Of a DNA stretch of 64,000 nucleotides, positions 26,792 to 35,961 are shown piece after piece. A model generated the notes under the pieces. It searched no databases, was not told the origin of the DNA, and was given only the letters and a program-made list of their open reading frames with translations. The translations under genes were made by a program, and so were the position numbers. Source of the stretch: a virus; the IMG/VR virus record IMGVR_UViG_3300032116_000102, positions 1-64,000 of that record. One strand, given 5' to 3'. How positions within the stretch are numbered: the stretch's first letter is position 1; each line of letters begins with the position of its first letter.

Positions 26792-27178
26792 ATGACTCAA
26801 AAACAATCACCTACACAGGCAGAGCCAACAGACAAAGAGCTGGCAGAGCTGTACCGCAAATCCTATTACGAATGCGAAGACAGACAAGGTGATGCGGCGC
26901 AAGTATTTGCGCTACGTGCTGTTCTCGCCCGCTGGGGCAACCATCCGGAATCTCCAGGTAGTTCAACGCCGCAGCCCATCCCAGTGAGTGAGCGCCTGCC
27001 AAGACCGGAGGATTGGGATGAAGAAGGGAGGTGTTGGGGTTTTCACCAGTACAACCCGGAAGACGACGACATTTGGGAATCTTGGTATTTAGTACCAACT
27101 CAACACCTGTTGCCTTCTGTCCAATGGCTGGGCTTTTCCCACTGGCTCCCCGCCAACGCTTTGCCCCAGCCCTCTTAG
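26792..27178 (+). CDS. Hypothetical protein (cassette 2), DUF551-like C-terminus
   Basis: PIPVSERLP...SHWLPANALP. Confidence 0.65.
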   Translation: MTQKQSPTQAEPTDKELAELYRKSYYECEDRQGDAAQVFALRAVLARWGNHPESPGSSTPQPIPVSERLPRPEDWDEEGRCWGFHQYNPEDDDIWESWYLVPTQHLLPSVQWLGFSHWLPANALPQPS

Positions 27179-27190
27179 TCCGATCAACTA
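27176..27190. repeat. Putative recombination core site TAGT-ccgatca-ACTA
   Basis: TAG is the stop; next ATG follows immediately at 27191. Confidence 0.6.
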
Positions 27191-27472
27191 ATGAAACTTG
27201 AAATCAAGCTCACCGATGAGCGCTACAAGCATACAAGCATTGATGAGCCCGCTGAAATGACCACCACTTGGGAAGCCGAGATGGATGACTGCTCAGTTCA
27301 CGCTTGGTTCAAAGTGTTTGAGAGCGTGCTCGGTGCTGCTGGCATGACCGAAAAGCTGATCATGCGCGGCGCTTGCCAGCTCGCCTTTAACGAGTGCCGC
27401 GACTTTGAGGAGATGAAGAAGCTGAGCAGCGACTACGACCTTGACTTCAGCGACAACGCTGCTCCCCAGTAG
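27191..27472 (+). CDS. Hypothetical protein (cassette 3)
   Basis: ORF track; GC-rich codons. Confidence 0.65.
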   Translation: MKLEIKLTDERYKHTSIDEPAEMTTTWEAEMDDCSVHAWFKVFESVLGAAGMTEKLIMRGACQLAFNECRDFEEMKKLSSDYDLDFSDNAAPQ

Positions 27473-27484
27473 TCAGACCCACTA
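27470..27484. repeat. Putative recombination core site TAGT-cagaccc-ACTA
   Basis: TAG is the stop; right border of the cassette block. Confidence 0.6.
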
Positions 27485-27487
27485 CTT

Positions 27488-27784
27488 ATGAAAGGATTTA
27501 GTTCAACACAAAAACACACACGTTCATCTAGTTATTGGGTGGCAGCGTATGTTAAAGATAATGACGATGAACCAATCAACATTCACAAAAAGATCTTGAT
27601 CTATAAACAAGGTCAAGACAAAGAAGCATTGATGACAAACTATTGTAACTCCATCATGAAGATCAACAGAAACATATGGGAGATCCTGGTGCACCAGGGA
27701 CCATCTGAGATCCCAGACTCGGGTGATCAGATTGTGATTCGTTTATCCCGTGAACCATTCAAGGGCTCTCACATCCTGAAGTAA
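27488..27784 (+). CDS. Hypothetical protein
   Basis: ORF track. Confidence 0.6.
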   Translation: MKGFSSTQKHTRSSSYWVAAYVKDNDDEPINIHKKILIYKQGQDKEALMTNYCNSIMKINRNIWEILVHQGPSEIPDSGDQIVIRLSREPFKGSHILK

Positions 27785-27803
27785 TAGTCCCGAACGGGAA
27801 GAT

Positions 27804-27831
27804 GGACCTGAGCACGTCCTTAAACTACTCA
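27804..27831 (+). ncRNA. H-type pseudoknot leader (family D)
   Basis: GGAC-C-TGAGCA-C-GTCC-TTAAAC-TACTCA; stem 1 compensated relative to the other copies. Confidence 0.65.
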
Positions 27832-27864
27832 TTAGTTTTATTTATCATTCAATTCATCACAATC

Positions 27865-28632
27865 ATGAAACTCCTCAAGTTCTCCAGTGGTAATGCCAAG
27901 CTGCGTAATCGTTTGATCTTCAGCCTGCCAGCTGGTTATTCGTGTCCACATGCTGGTGTCTGCAAGACCATGGCTGATCGGGTCACTGGTGAGATCCGTG
28001 ACCTGCCTCAGCTTACAGGCACACAAGCAGATGACTACCGCTGCTTTGCTGCTATGGCAGAGACCAGGCCCAACGTACGTGATGCTCGTTGGCACAACTG
28101 GGATCTGCTGCGTGAAACTATCCACATGAACGGCAATCAAGTCACACTTCTCCGTGACCTGATCGATATGTCCCTCTTGATGCACGCACCAAAACCTTTG
28201 GTACGCATCCATGAGTCAGGTGACTTTTGGACTGAGAACTACATGAGGGCTTGGATGATGGTTGCCAGGGAACGGCCCAACCAAAAGTTCTACGCATTTA
28301 CAAAATCATTAGGCATGTGGATTAATCTGCGTGAGCAGATCCCATCCAACTTCTATCTCACCGCATCCTTCGGTGGGACACTTGATTACCTCATTCCAAA
28401 GTATCCACACGTTTTTCAACGAGTTGCTTATGTGGTTTACACAGAAGCTGAGGCAGCAGAGCGTGGGCTGGAGATCGACCATGACGACAGCCATTGCTTA
28501 GGTGACAAACCGTTTGCACTCCTGGTCCATGGGTCCCAGAGGGCTGGGTCCGACGCAAGCAAAGCCATCTCTCAACGCAAGAAGGAAGGTGGCTTTGTGG
28601 GATACAGCACATCAAAACAAAAGACAACTTGA
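27865..28632 (+). CDS. Gp88-like phage protein
   Basis: GNAKL, FSLPAGYSCP..C..C, RIHESGDF, FYAFTKS. Confidence 0.7.
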   Translation: MKLLKFSSGNAKLRNRLIFSLPAGYSCPHAGVCKTMADRVTGEIRDLPQLTGTQADDYRCFAAMAETRPNVRDARWHNWDLLRETIHMNGNQVTLLRDLIDMSLLMHAPKPLVRIHESGDFWTENYMRAWMMVARERPNQKFYAFTKSLGMWINLREQIPSNFYLTASFGGTLDYLIPKYPHVFQRVAYVVYTEAEAAERGLEIDHDDSHCLGDKPFALLVHGSQRAGSDASKAISQRKKEGGFVGYSTSKQKTT

Positions 28633-28687
28633 AGGACCTTGACGGGAATGAAAGATCGGATAGTATCTGTCCGTCTTTCATTCCTTT

Positions 28688-28921
28688 ATGTCTTACGTCA
28701 TTGCTGCCTGGAAGGATGGTCGTCCATTCGCCATCACTGCCTGTCAAACTTCTAATCAATTCCATTTAATTCCGTTAGATTCAGAAGTAGCTCTGAACAA
28801 GATCTTCTCCCACCCATACCGGGCTGGTGCTCAGCAGATCTTGACGTGGATTAACAAAAATGACAGCAGCCTTGCCAGTGAAAACCTCCAGGTTCGAGAT
28901 GAAGCCCAGTTCAGAAAATGA
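28688..28921 (+). CDS. Hypothetical protein
   Basis: ORF track. Confidence 0.55.
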   Translation: MSYVIAAWKDGRPFAITACQTSNQFHLIPLDSEVALNKIFSHPYRAGAQQILTWINKNDSSLASENLQVRDEAQFRK

Positions 28922-30725
28922 AAGGTGGTACGTTTTCGATTTGGAAACGAATGGGTTGTATGACCAAGCCACCGTGGTTCACTGTGCTGTCCTCTATGAC
29001 ATCAACAGCAACAGCATTTTGTCTTTTGGTCCTGACGACATTGACTCTGCTCTTGAGCATTTGCGTAACGCTGATGTTCTTATTGGCCACAACATCTGCT
29101 TTTACGATGTACCCGTCCTAAAGAAACTGTATCCAACATTTGAAACAAAAGCTCGCATCGTTGACACGCTCATCTGTTCACGTTTGATCTGGCCCAAGGA
29201 GGTTCTCTATGAGCTTGACATTGAACAATATCCGCAGGTTCCAAAGGCAAACCGTGGATCCCCATCGCTTAAGGCCTGGGGATGGCGCTTGGCCAGCCAC
29301 AAGCTTGACTTCAAGGACTTCACGGAATACTCGCAAGAGATGCTTGACTACTGCATCCAAGACGTGGTGGTTACCTTCAATCTCTGGCAACTTATTGTTG
29401 CGCAAAACTATGCAGAGTCCTCCCTTCTGCTGGAGCACAACTTTGCTTTGGCGATTAACAAACAAATTCGATCAGGTGTTCCTTTCGATTTGGATGCTGC
29501 TCTTGATCTGGTGGATAGCCTCCGAGCAAAGGAAACACAACTTGAATCACATCTAAAACAAATCTTTCCACCTATCAAACATGAATCAACATTTGTTCCT
29601 AAGGTAAATAACAAGAACCGTGGTTATGTCAAAGGACAACCTTTCACTAAGGTCAGCTACGAAGAGTTCAATCCTGGATCTCGTCAGCAGATTGCTGATC
29701 GACTCCGCAAAAAATACGGATGGATTTCAGAGAAAACAACTGAGAAAGGAAATCCAGTTCTTGATGACGAAGTATTAGAGAAGCTTCCGTATCCAGAAGC
29801 CAAAGCATTAGCAGAATATATGTTGGTCAAGAAACGCCTTGGTCAAATTGCTGATGGTAACAATGCTTGGATCAAGCTCTTCAACAATGACACTGGTCGT
29901 ATCCACGGCGACCTTATTACTAACGGTTGCATTACTGGGCGCTGTGCACACCGCAATCCAAATATGGGTCAAGTGCCAGCGGGTTACTCCCCTTATGGAA
30001 AGGAATGTCGAAGTCTGTTCATTCCTCCTGACGGCTGGGATCTCATTGGTATTGACGCTAAAGCACTTGAGTTACGTTGCCTTGCTGGATACCTTGCCGT
30101 CTGGGATGGTGGTGAATACGCAAAGCTGGTAACGGATGAATCCGTTGACATCCATACCTACAACCAAAAACAATTTGGGGTAGAGACCAGGGACATTTCT
30201 AAGCGTCTGCTATACGGAATGTTATACGGGTGTGGATCTGTAAAAGCTGGTTCGATCATTGATCCAAACCTTAAGGATGAAGATGAACTACGTATGCTTG
30301 GTCGTAATGCCATCGATGGTTTTATGCGTGGTGTCCCAGCATTGAAAGCTCTTAAGTTAGAGATCGATAAGACCATTGGCCTGCGTGGTTACTTGATTGG
30401 TCTGGATCGTCGTCAGTTGTATTGCCGTTCTGCATTCAAAGGATTAAATGTATTGTTGCAATCAGCTGGTGCAATCTTAATGAAGCAAGTTGTTATCAAC
30501 ATCCAGAACAATATCAAAACAAACCTTGGCCTGGAATACGATCACGACTGGCAGCAACTGTTGATGGTGCATGATGAAGTCCAACTAGCATGCAAGCCTC
30601 AACACACAGAAGCCATCAGGGAGCAGGCCATGCTTGCCTTCCCGCAGGCACAGGAATTCTTTGGTTTCCGCTGCAGTATTGAAGGTGATTCCAGGGTAGG
30701 ATCTGACTGGTCGCAGACCCATTAA
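28899..30725 (+). CDS. polA: Family A DNA polymerase, T7-type, with 3'-5' exonuclease
   Basis: Exo motifs FDLETNG, GHNICFYD, YCIQD; Pol motifs GIDAKALELR, KRLLYGMLYG (Tyr at the 762-equivalent position), MVHDEVQ. Confidence 0.95.
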   Translation: MKPSSENERWYVFDLETNGLYDQATVVHCAVLYDINSNSILSFGPDDIDSALEHLRNADVLIGHNICFYDVPVLKKLYPTFETKARIVDTLICSRLIWPKEVLYELDIEQYPQVPKANRGSPSLKAWGWRLASHKLDFKDFTEYSQEMLDYCIQDVVVTFNLWQLIVAQNYAESSLLLEHNFALAINKQIRSGVPFDLDAALDLVDSLRAKETQLESHLKQIFPPIKHESTFVPKVNNKNRGYVKGQPFTKVSYEEFNPGSRQQIADRLRKKYGWISEKTTEKGNPVLDDEVLEKLPYPEAKALAEYMLVKKRLGQIADGNNAWIKLFNNDTGRIHGDLITNGCITGRCAHRNPNMGQVPAGYSPYGKECRSLFIPPDGWDLIGIDAKALELRCLAGYLAVWDGGEYAKLVTDESVDIHTYNQKQFGVETRDISKRLLYGMLYGCGSVKAGSIIDPNLKDEDELRMLGRNAIDGFMRGVPALKALKLEIDKTIGLRGYLIGLDRRQLYCRSAFKGLNVLLQSAGAILMKQVVINIQNNIKTNLGLEYDHDWQQLLMVHDEVQLACKPQHTEAIREQAMLAFPQAQEFFGFRCSIEGDSRVGSDWSQTH

Positions 30726-30727
30726 TC

Positions 30728-30976
30728 ATGGTATCCAAACGTAAGCCAACTCTTAAACAACTATTTAAAGAATGGATTTGCTATGAAAAAAAGAAAAGTG
30801 AGCTTACAAAACTTAAATGGAACTTAGATGCCCTTGGTAATCAGGTTGCGTCAGGTACTGAATTAATTGTTTATGAGGATGATGTGTATCGAATTACTAA
30901 GACAAATTATTCAAGATACGGAATGAACTATAGCGTTGAACGTATTGCTAGCGCTGAAGAACTTCCTGAGAAATAA
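30728..30976 (+). CDS. Hypothetical protein
   Basis: ORF track. Confidence 0.55.
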   Translation: MVSKRKPTLKQLFKEWICYEKKKSELTKLKWNLDALGNQVASGTELIVYEDDVYRITKTNYSRYGMNYSVERIASAEELPEK

Positions 30977-31240
30977 ATGGATTACCTTGACATCACCAAA
31001 ATAGAGCAGTGCCCAGTCTGCGAAGTCAGCTGGATTCATTCCTATATTCCTCAAGAATCTATTGACAAAGGTTATTATTCACCAGAGTCAAAATTCTTTA
31101 GCCGTGTTATTGGTGTGGAGTATCTGGGCACTGACCGTATTAATCATTATCAGTGTCCTGATTGTGGTCAATGTTGGAATAGAAAAGGTGAGATGATTGA
31201 AGTTAAACATAAACCAGTTGATCTCTCGTCCTTGAGGTAA
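30977..31240 (+). CDS. Small zinc-ribbon protein
   Basis: CPVC...CPDC. Confidence 0.6.
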   Translation: MDYLDITKIEQCPVCEVSWIHSYIPQESIDKGYYSPESKFFSRVIGVEYLGTDRINHYQCPDCGQCWNRKGEMIEVKHKPVDLSSLR

Positions 31241-31256
31241 GACGTTAAACTGCCTC
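31227..31256 (+). ncRNA. H-type pseudoknot leader (family D)
   Basis: CGTC-ctt-GAGGTA-a-GACG-TTAAAC-TGCCTC. Confidence 0.65.
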
Positions 31257-31278
31257 TCACACAACCTTCTGGCATCAC

Positions 31279-32094
31279 ATGAACCAAGCTTTTGTCTGTG
31301 CTCAAACCACAGAAGAACCCCGTGAGGTTTCTATCTCTGCAACCTCGTACGCCCTGCGTTGCAACATCCTTCTACCACCTGTTGGTAATAAGGCACCTAC
31401 TCCAATTGAACTCAACGTCTACGGCAAGAACTCTGAGCGATTTGCACGCACTGCAAAGAACTCATTGATCTATATCCATGGCGCCAAGTTGCGTTATGAC
31501 TTGGAGTCACGCACCCATTCACTTCATGGTGGTGTGATTACCACGGTCACAGAATCCTTTCCGATTTTGAACACAATCATCCTCAGTGGTCGTTGTGTTA
31601 AAGACATTCAACAGGATGATACGCGTGCCTTTAAGACAACAGCAGAAGGCCTGATGATTTGCAATCAGACGCTCTCTGTTAATACAGGGCGTAACCAAGC
31701 AGATCTCTTTAACTTTTACGCAATCAACTCCCATCAAGACAAGCTGAATAATGCTCAGCTTTTGGTAGACTTCACTCGCAAGGGCACAGGCCTGACGATC
31801 AATGGTCGTCTGGTTACTGATGCCTGGCAAGATAAGGAAACCAATCAGCGCCGCAGCATCACCAAGATTCAACTGGTTTCCATGACCTTGGCACCAAAAG
31901 CATCGGGTGATACAGCAGCTCAGCCGATCAAGGCACAGACTGTGGTCGCTAATGCAGATAACGTCACTCCACTCTGGGGTGGACGCACCGCTGAAGAACC
32001 AACAGATCCCTGGAACGCAGCATCGGGTGGTGGACTGCCAGATCTGCCTGGGCAATACGGCAATGCACCTGACCTTGAAGAGGTTCCTTTCTGA
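31279..32094 (+). CDS. ssb: Single-stranded DNA-binding protein (tandem OB folds)
   Basis: NTIILSGRCVKD...RKGTGLTINGRLVTDAWQDKETNQRRS; C-terminal DLEEVPF. Confidence 0.75.
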   Translation: MNQAFVCAQTTEEPREVSISATSYALRCNILLPPVGNKAPTPIELNVYGKNSERFARTAKNSLIYIHGAKLRYDLESRTHSLHGGVITTVTESFPILNTIILSGRCVKDIQQDDTRAFKTTAEGLMICNQTLSVNTGRNQADLFNFYAINSHQDKLNNAQLLVDFTRKGTGLTINGRLVTDAWQDKETNQRRSITKIQLVSMTLAPKASGDTAAQPIKAQTVVANADNVTPLWGGRTAEEPTDPWNAASGGGLPDLPGQYGNAPDLEEVPF

Positions 32095-32336
32095 TGTCAA
32101 CACCAACTCACGATCAATTCACTTTTCTTTACGAAGACGAAGGCAAAAAAGTTTTGTGCGAATTCCAGGCGGTCTTCACTGAAGAAGTCGTCCGGGAATT
32201 TGCAGACTTTGTACGGGGCTGTGGGCATCATGACGACAATGTTTTTGGTGCCATGGCTCAGTTAGCTGCAGACTACTTTGAGTGTAAAGAGAATCCTGTC
32301 CTTCCAATTGCTAAGGACAATGAGGATCTAGACTGA
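32094..32336 (+). CDS. Hypothetical protein
   Basis: ORF track; TGATG overlap. Confidence 0.6.
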   Translation: MSTPTHDQFTFLYEDEGKKVLCEFQAVFTEEVVREFADFVRGCGHHDDNVFGAMAQLAADYFECKENPVLPIAKDNEDLD

Positions 32337-32341
32337 GCCTC

Positions 32342-32369
32342 CGTCCTGGGATGACGTTAAACTCATCCA
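32342..32369 (+). ncRNA. Pseudoknot leader (family D), variant
   Basis: CGTC-CTGGGAT-GACG-TTAAAC-TCATCCA. Confidence 0.55.
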
Positions 32370-32389
32370 CTCCTGACTACGAACAAACC

Positions 32390-33406
32390 ATGACTACCTC
32401 CATGACCACCAAGAAAACTGCTGCGCTTGCAACACGTGGACTCGACTCCTTCCGGATGTTTCAGTCCAAAGAATTTGTATCTGGCTACCAGAACCTCGTC
32501 ACAATTCAACCTCTCAACAAATCAAAAGTACGCGGATGGTTCATCCGTAAATCCGATCTTGATACCTGCGGTTGGCTTGCAACTGAAGATCAGTTTGCTA
32601 AAGGCTCAGTCATCTGGGATTACAAGCAAACGTTTGGCATGGCACCCAACACCTCCGTTGAAGAGGGCTTGAACTTTACTGAGCCACGCATTCAAATCCT
32701 GTTGCGTTCTCCTCTGATGGTTGAAGAAACCACAGGAATGCGTCAAACGATTGGTACCTTTGAGCACCCAGAGGTTAAGGAATTGTTTGATGCCGACAAG
32801 ATTGCAGCCGACCTTGCCAACAGCAAGGGCGAGATGTACAAGCGTAAGTACAGCGTACGCACCAAATACCTCATCTACATTGTGACTGAGGACAACAAGC
32901 GTGCCCATAAGATCCCAATGGTCCTTACCCTCAAGGGTCTAAACGGTACCGATGTATCCGATAAGGTCAAGCTGTACGAGAAAGAAATGTCCAAGTGCCT
33001 GAGCAAGGCGCTGGATTCTGAAGTGCCCCTTGCCTTTAATGAAAAGTTCTACGCCACTACCGTATTTGCTCCGGTACTTGCCAATGAGATGCGTGGAGCC
33101 AACAACGTTGAGATCTGCGCAATTGAATCTTTTGACATCCCTGATTACAGCGATCAAGACGCCGCCGTCGAATCGCTGAGCCGCATGTCAATTCCTGATG
33201 AAGATCGTGAATCAACCTGGAAGTTCCAGGAGATGTTTGGTGATTACATCAATCAACATGCACGTCAAGATGCAGAGAAGTTGGGTGGTGCCTATGGCAT
33301 CAAGCAAGGTGTCGAGATTCTGCCTGTGTCCCGTACCACGGATACAGTTGATGTGAAGGCTCTGCCCTCTCGTGATCCAATGACTGGAGAAGACAGCTCA
33401 CTTTGA
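32390..33406 (+). CDS. Hypothetical protein of the replication/recombination module
   Basis: 338 aa next to ssb; family not recognised with confidence. Confidence 0.65.
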   Translation: MTTSMTTKKTAALATRGLDSFRMFQSKEFVSGYQNLVTIQPLNKSKVRGWFIRKSDLDTCGWLATEDQFAKGSVIWDYKQTFGMAPNTSVEEGLNFTEPRIQILLRSPLMVEETTGMRQTIGTFEHPEVKELFDADKIAADLANSKGEMYKRKYSVRTKYLIYIVTEDNKRAHKIPMVLTLKGLNGTDVSDKVKLYEKEMSKCLSKALDSEVPLAFNEKFYATTVFAPVLANEMRGANNVEICAIESFDIPDYSDQDAAVESLSRMSIPDEDRESTWKFQEMFGDYINQHARQDAEKLGGAYGIKQGVEILPVSRTTDTVDVKALPSRDPMTGEDSSL

Positions 33407-33658
33407 GTTGACATCTGGGTTAGCCAATCCGTCAGGTTCAACTGAAACATTGTTGAAAATGAACATGTCTTGGACTAACCCACGAATTACACCTTGACGT
33501 TGCGTAGCGATCCTTGCTAAAAGGGTCGCTATTTCCTTTAACGTATTAACCGAATCACAATCTTGAATTGATCGTTTGACTTTTTCTTCCCAGAACTTGT
33601 CATCAAGCGTTGGTTCGATTTGAAATTTGGTTAAAGGTACGTATTTAATTTCGTCCAT
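33398..33658 (-). CDS. NblA-like phycobilisome degradation adaptor (putative)
   Basis: PTLDDKFWEEKVKRSIQDCDSVNTLKEIATLLARIATQRQGVIRGLVQ fits the NblA helix-loop-helix pattern; own TAGAAT box. Confidence 0.5.
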   Translation of the reverse strand: MDEIKYVPLTKFQIEPTLDDKFWEEKVKRSIQDCDSVNTLKEIATLLARIATQRQGVIRGLVQDMFIFNNVSVEPDGLANPDVNSK

Positions 33659-33739
33659 TTTGTATTAATTTGTTGCAACAATTCTACTTACCTAATCAAC
33701 TACCACGCAAACTTTCCATTTGTGTTAAGGATTCCTAAC

Positions 33740-33949
33740 ATGAAACCTGAAGAAACGTCAGCGATTAAAACAGCTGGTGCAACATTTGCAGCTAGTGCAG
33801 TAGTTGCTTCTATCATTGGAAACCCCGTGTGCTGGGCCGCTGTTCTCTACGGCACCTACCGCATGGGCAAGGCTGCGTACAAACACGCCAAAGCCAATGC
33901 TAAGATCAAACCGAATCAGGAAGAAGACACGTCGTTTTGGCACGTCTGA
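33740..33949 (+). CDS. Small membrane protein
   Basis: MKPEETSAIKTAGATFAASAVVASIIG... Confidence 0.5.
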   Translation: MKPEETSAIKTAGATFAASAVVASIIGNPVCWAAVLYGTYRMGKAAYKHAKANAKIKPNQEEDTSFWHV

Positions 33950-33979
33950 TTTCCGTTCCACTCAACCCAACTCAAACTC

Positions 33980-34924
33980 ATGTCGATCCAGGCGCAGACC
34001 GAACTCCATTCGGCGCAAGCTCTTATTTATTCTCGCTCCAACATCCGGAGGGCGTATCCGGAATTTGATGACACCGCAATTGCTGGGATTTATTTGCGAG
34101 GCGACAATTGCATTGTGGTGCGTCATGATGGTAGCGAGCAAAGCTACGACCGGACACTAATCAAAGCTCGGTTCCAGACTTACACCAATCGTCTCAAAGA
34201 TTTCTTTTCTTACCTTGGTCCCAATTACCGTGGCCCTAGTGTATGGCATAACAATGCTTACATTCTTTTTAAGGGCTGGCACTACACGCACGCACTCGGA
34301 CATCTGACCTCCAATGCAAAACTACAAGCTCACTGGGCAGACAAATTTATACACGTATCAGACCCCGCTAAAATCACAGCGCTCCTTCAGTCTGACCAAA
34401 CGGACCTGGGCCATCTGGTGGCGCCAGACGGACTTCGGCTTCCGAATCGGCCGCTTGATATGGACACTGAGCTGGACGACAGCCAAGAACAACAGCCGTT
34501 GTTTGGCAAACCTAGCTGCTCGTGTGGGTCGTTTCAACGTCAGCTCAACAACCTATCTGCTTTCCAAGAAGAGATCGAGGGATTTAAACCCTGGTGCATC
34601 CATCTGACTTGGTTCAACAAGTACAGGGAACTATTGTGTAAGCGCACGGATGTCCGGAATGCCAGTCCTAGTGGTACCCCAGATAAGTGTGTGGCCTGGT
34701 GGTATGCACCGACCGCTGATCACGTCAGTGACGGACGCTTTGTTTTATTGCATACTAAGTCAGGGGCACAGGCTCCACTGACGCACTGGCGTACTTACAA
34801 ACCCAAAGAAGTGTTCACACAGCATGATGCTTGGGATTTATTTTTCAATATGATGGAGGCGGGTTACACACCATTCCCTGGTACATCACTGCCACAACTC
34901 AAAGCTGCTATCAAAAAACAATGA
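33980..34924 (+). CDS. SWIM zinc-finger domain protein
   Basis: CSCGSF...WCIH. Confidence 0.6.
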   Translation: MSIQAQTELHSAQALIYSRSNIRRAYPEFDDTAIAGIYLRGDNCIVVRHDGSEQSYDRTLIKARFQTYTNRLKDFFSYLGPNYRGPSVWHNNAYILFKGWHYTHALGHLTSNAKLQAHWADKFIHVSDPAKITALLQSDQTDLGHLVAPDGLRLPNRPLDMDTELDDSQEQQPLFGKPSCSCGSFQRQLNNLSAFQEEIEGFKPWCIHLTWFNKYRELLCKRTDVRNASPSGTPDKCVAWWYAPTADHVSDGRFVLLHTKSGAQAPLTHWRTYKPKEVFTQHDAWDLFFNMMEAGYTPFPGTSLPQLKAAIKKQ

Positions 34925-35178
34925 CACCTGACACAAAAGAACTGGTTGACAAAGCACTTGAGTTGCTTGATAAACCAGTTGAAGCTAAAGCAACCACTGA
35001 ATTTCACACCTATCACCTTGAAATCCCTGATGATATCCACTGGATTTTGGTGGCATTGGGGGCAGGATCCAAACAACATCAAGAAGATTATGCAGAAAAA
35101 GTATTGATTGATTACGCTGTCTTGTGTTATGACCGCATGGCAGCTATGGATTCAGACAAAACTAAACAAGAAAAATGA
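34921..35178 (+). CDS. Hypothetical protein
   Basis: MTPDTKELV...; paralogous to the next ORF. Confidence 0.55.
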   Translation: MTPDTKELVDKALELLDKPVEAKATTEFHTYHLEIPDDIHWILVALGAGSKQHQEDYAEKVLIDYAVLCYDRMAAMDSDKTKQEK

Positions 35179-35342
35179 TGTTATCTAACGGCAAATACTC
35201 TTTGCACCTTGAGGTTGATGAAGACACCTACTGGGGTCTTGTTAAACTTGGTGCCGAGATTAGAACCGATTGTGAAACCTATGCAGAAAACCTACTTGGA
35301 GGACATGTTGAATCTGAACTCGATCGAAAAGCTGCAGATTGA
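35175..35342 (+). CDS. Small hypothetical protein (55 aa)
   Basis: MMLSNGKYSLHLEVDEDTYWGLVKLGA...; not in the ORF track. Confidence 0.5.
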   Translation: MMLSNGKYSLHLEVDEDTYWGLVKLGAEIRTDCETYAENLLGGHVESELDRKAAD

Positions 35343-35485
35343 ATACATTGATGAAGAGGATGGTACCGGTACCATTCATATTGAATGGGATGACACAGAT
35401 CCTGATCTTCAATGGTGGACCGACTTGGGTCCAGAAGGTCAAGAAACCTTTATAATTGATGCACTCTATGCTGCCCTTGAGTGCT

Positions 35486-35878
35486 ATGTCGATTGACACC
35501 TACGGACTCCCGTCCGAGCAATACGAAGAGTTCTTTGAAGACAACCTACAATTTTCTGCAAAGCTCTACGTCAAGGCCTGTCAGATCCTTAGGGATAACG
35601 GTGCTGGTGCCATTGATTTCAAGACGACTCTTGATCTGTATCAAGAAGCTATCTATGGAACCAATGATGACTGTCGCAAGTACCAGAAGGTCAACAACCC
35701 TGAAGCCGTCAAGGACAACGATTTGTTTGGCCTGACCCCATCCAGGGAAGAGCTGATGGAAGAGATCCAGGCTGTCAACGTCAAGGTTGAAGCGCTGGTC
35801 GACTACATCGCACGGCTAGTCGAGACCACAACCGATGGTCTCGATCGACTAGCTGAAGCCATGGATAAAGACGCTTGA
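35486..35878 (+). CDS. Hypothetical protein
   Basis: MSIDTYGLPSEQY... Confidence 0.6.
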   Translation: MSIDTYGLPSEQYEEFFEDNLQFSAKLYVKACQILRDNGAGAIDFKTTLDLYQEAIYGTNDDCRKYQKVNNPEAVKDNDLFGLTPSREELMEEIQAVNVKVEALVDYIARLVETTTDGLDRLAEAMDKDA

Positions 35879-35914
35879 CTGGCCTGGTAGACTAATATCC
35901 CACGGGGGTGTGGG

Positions 35915-35942
35915 CGTCCTGGTCATGACGGTAAACTGACCA
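35915..35942 (+). ncRNA. H-type pseudoknot leader (family D)
   Basis: CGTC-C-TGGTCA-T-GACG-GTAAAC-TGACCA. Confidence 0.7.
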
Positions 35943-35961
35943 CTCCACTTCATCTCAACTC

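Noticed and set aside
28899-30725. Introns or inteins in the DNA polymerase (also checked terminase and primase)
   Set aside because: ORFs are continuous, of normal length, with motifs at the expected spacing.
19638-35893. TTGAC-N8-TAGACT seen twice (about 19638 and 35875) as sigma70 promoters
   Set aside because: The spacing is far too short for -35/-10. Only the shared CCTGGTAGACT extended -10 is plausible, and two copies are too few to call a motif.
15225-35942. Repeated elements as a CRISPR array or mini-array
   Set aside because: Copies are dispersed one per gene leader, covary like RNA structure, lack regular spacers, and no cas genes are present.
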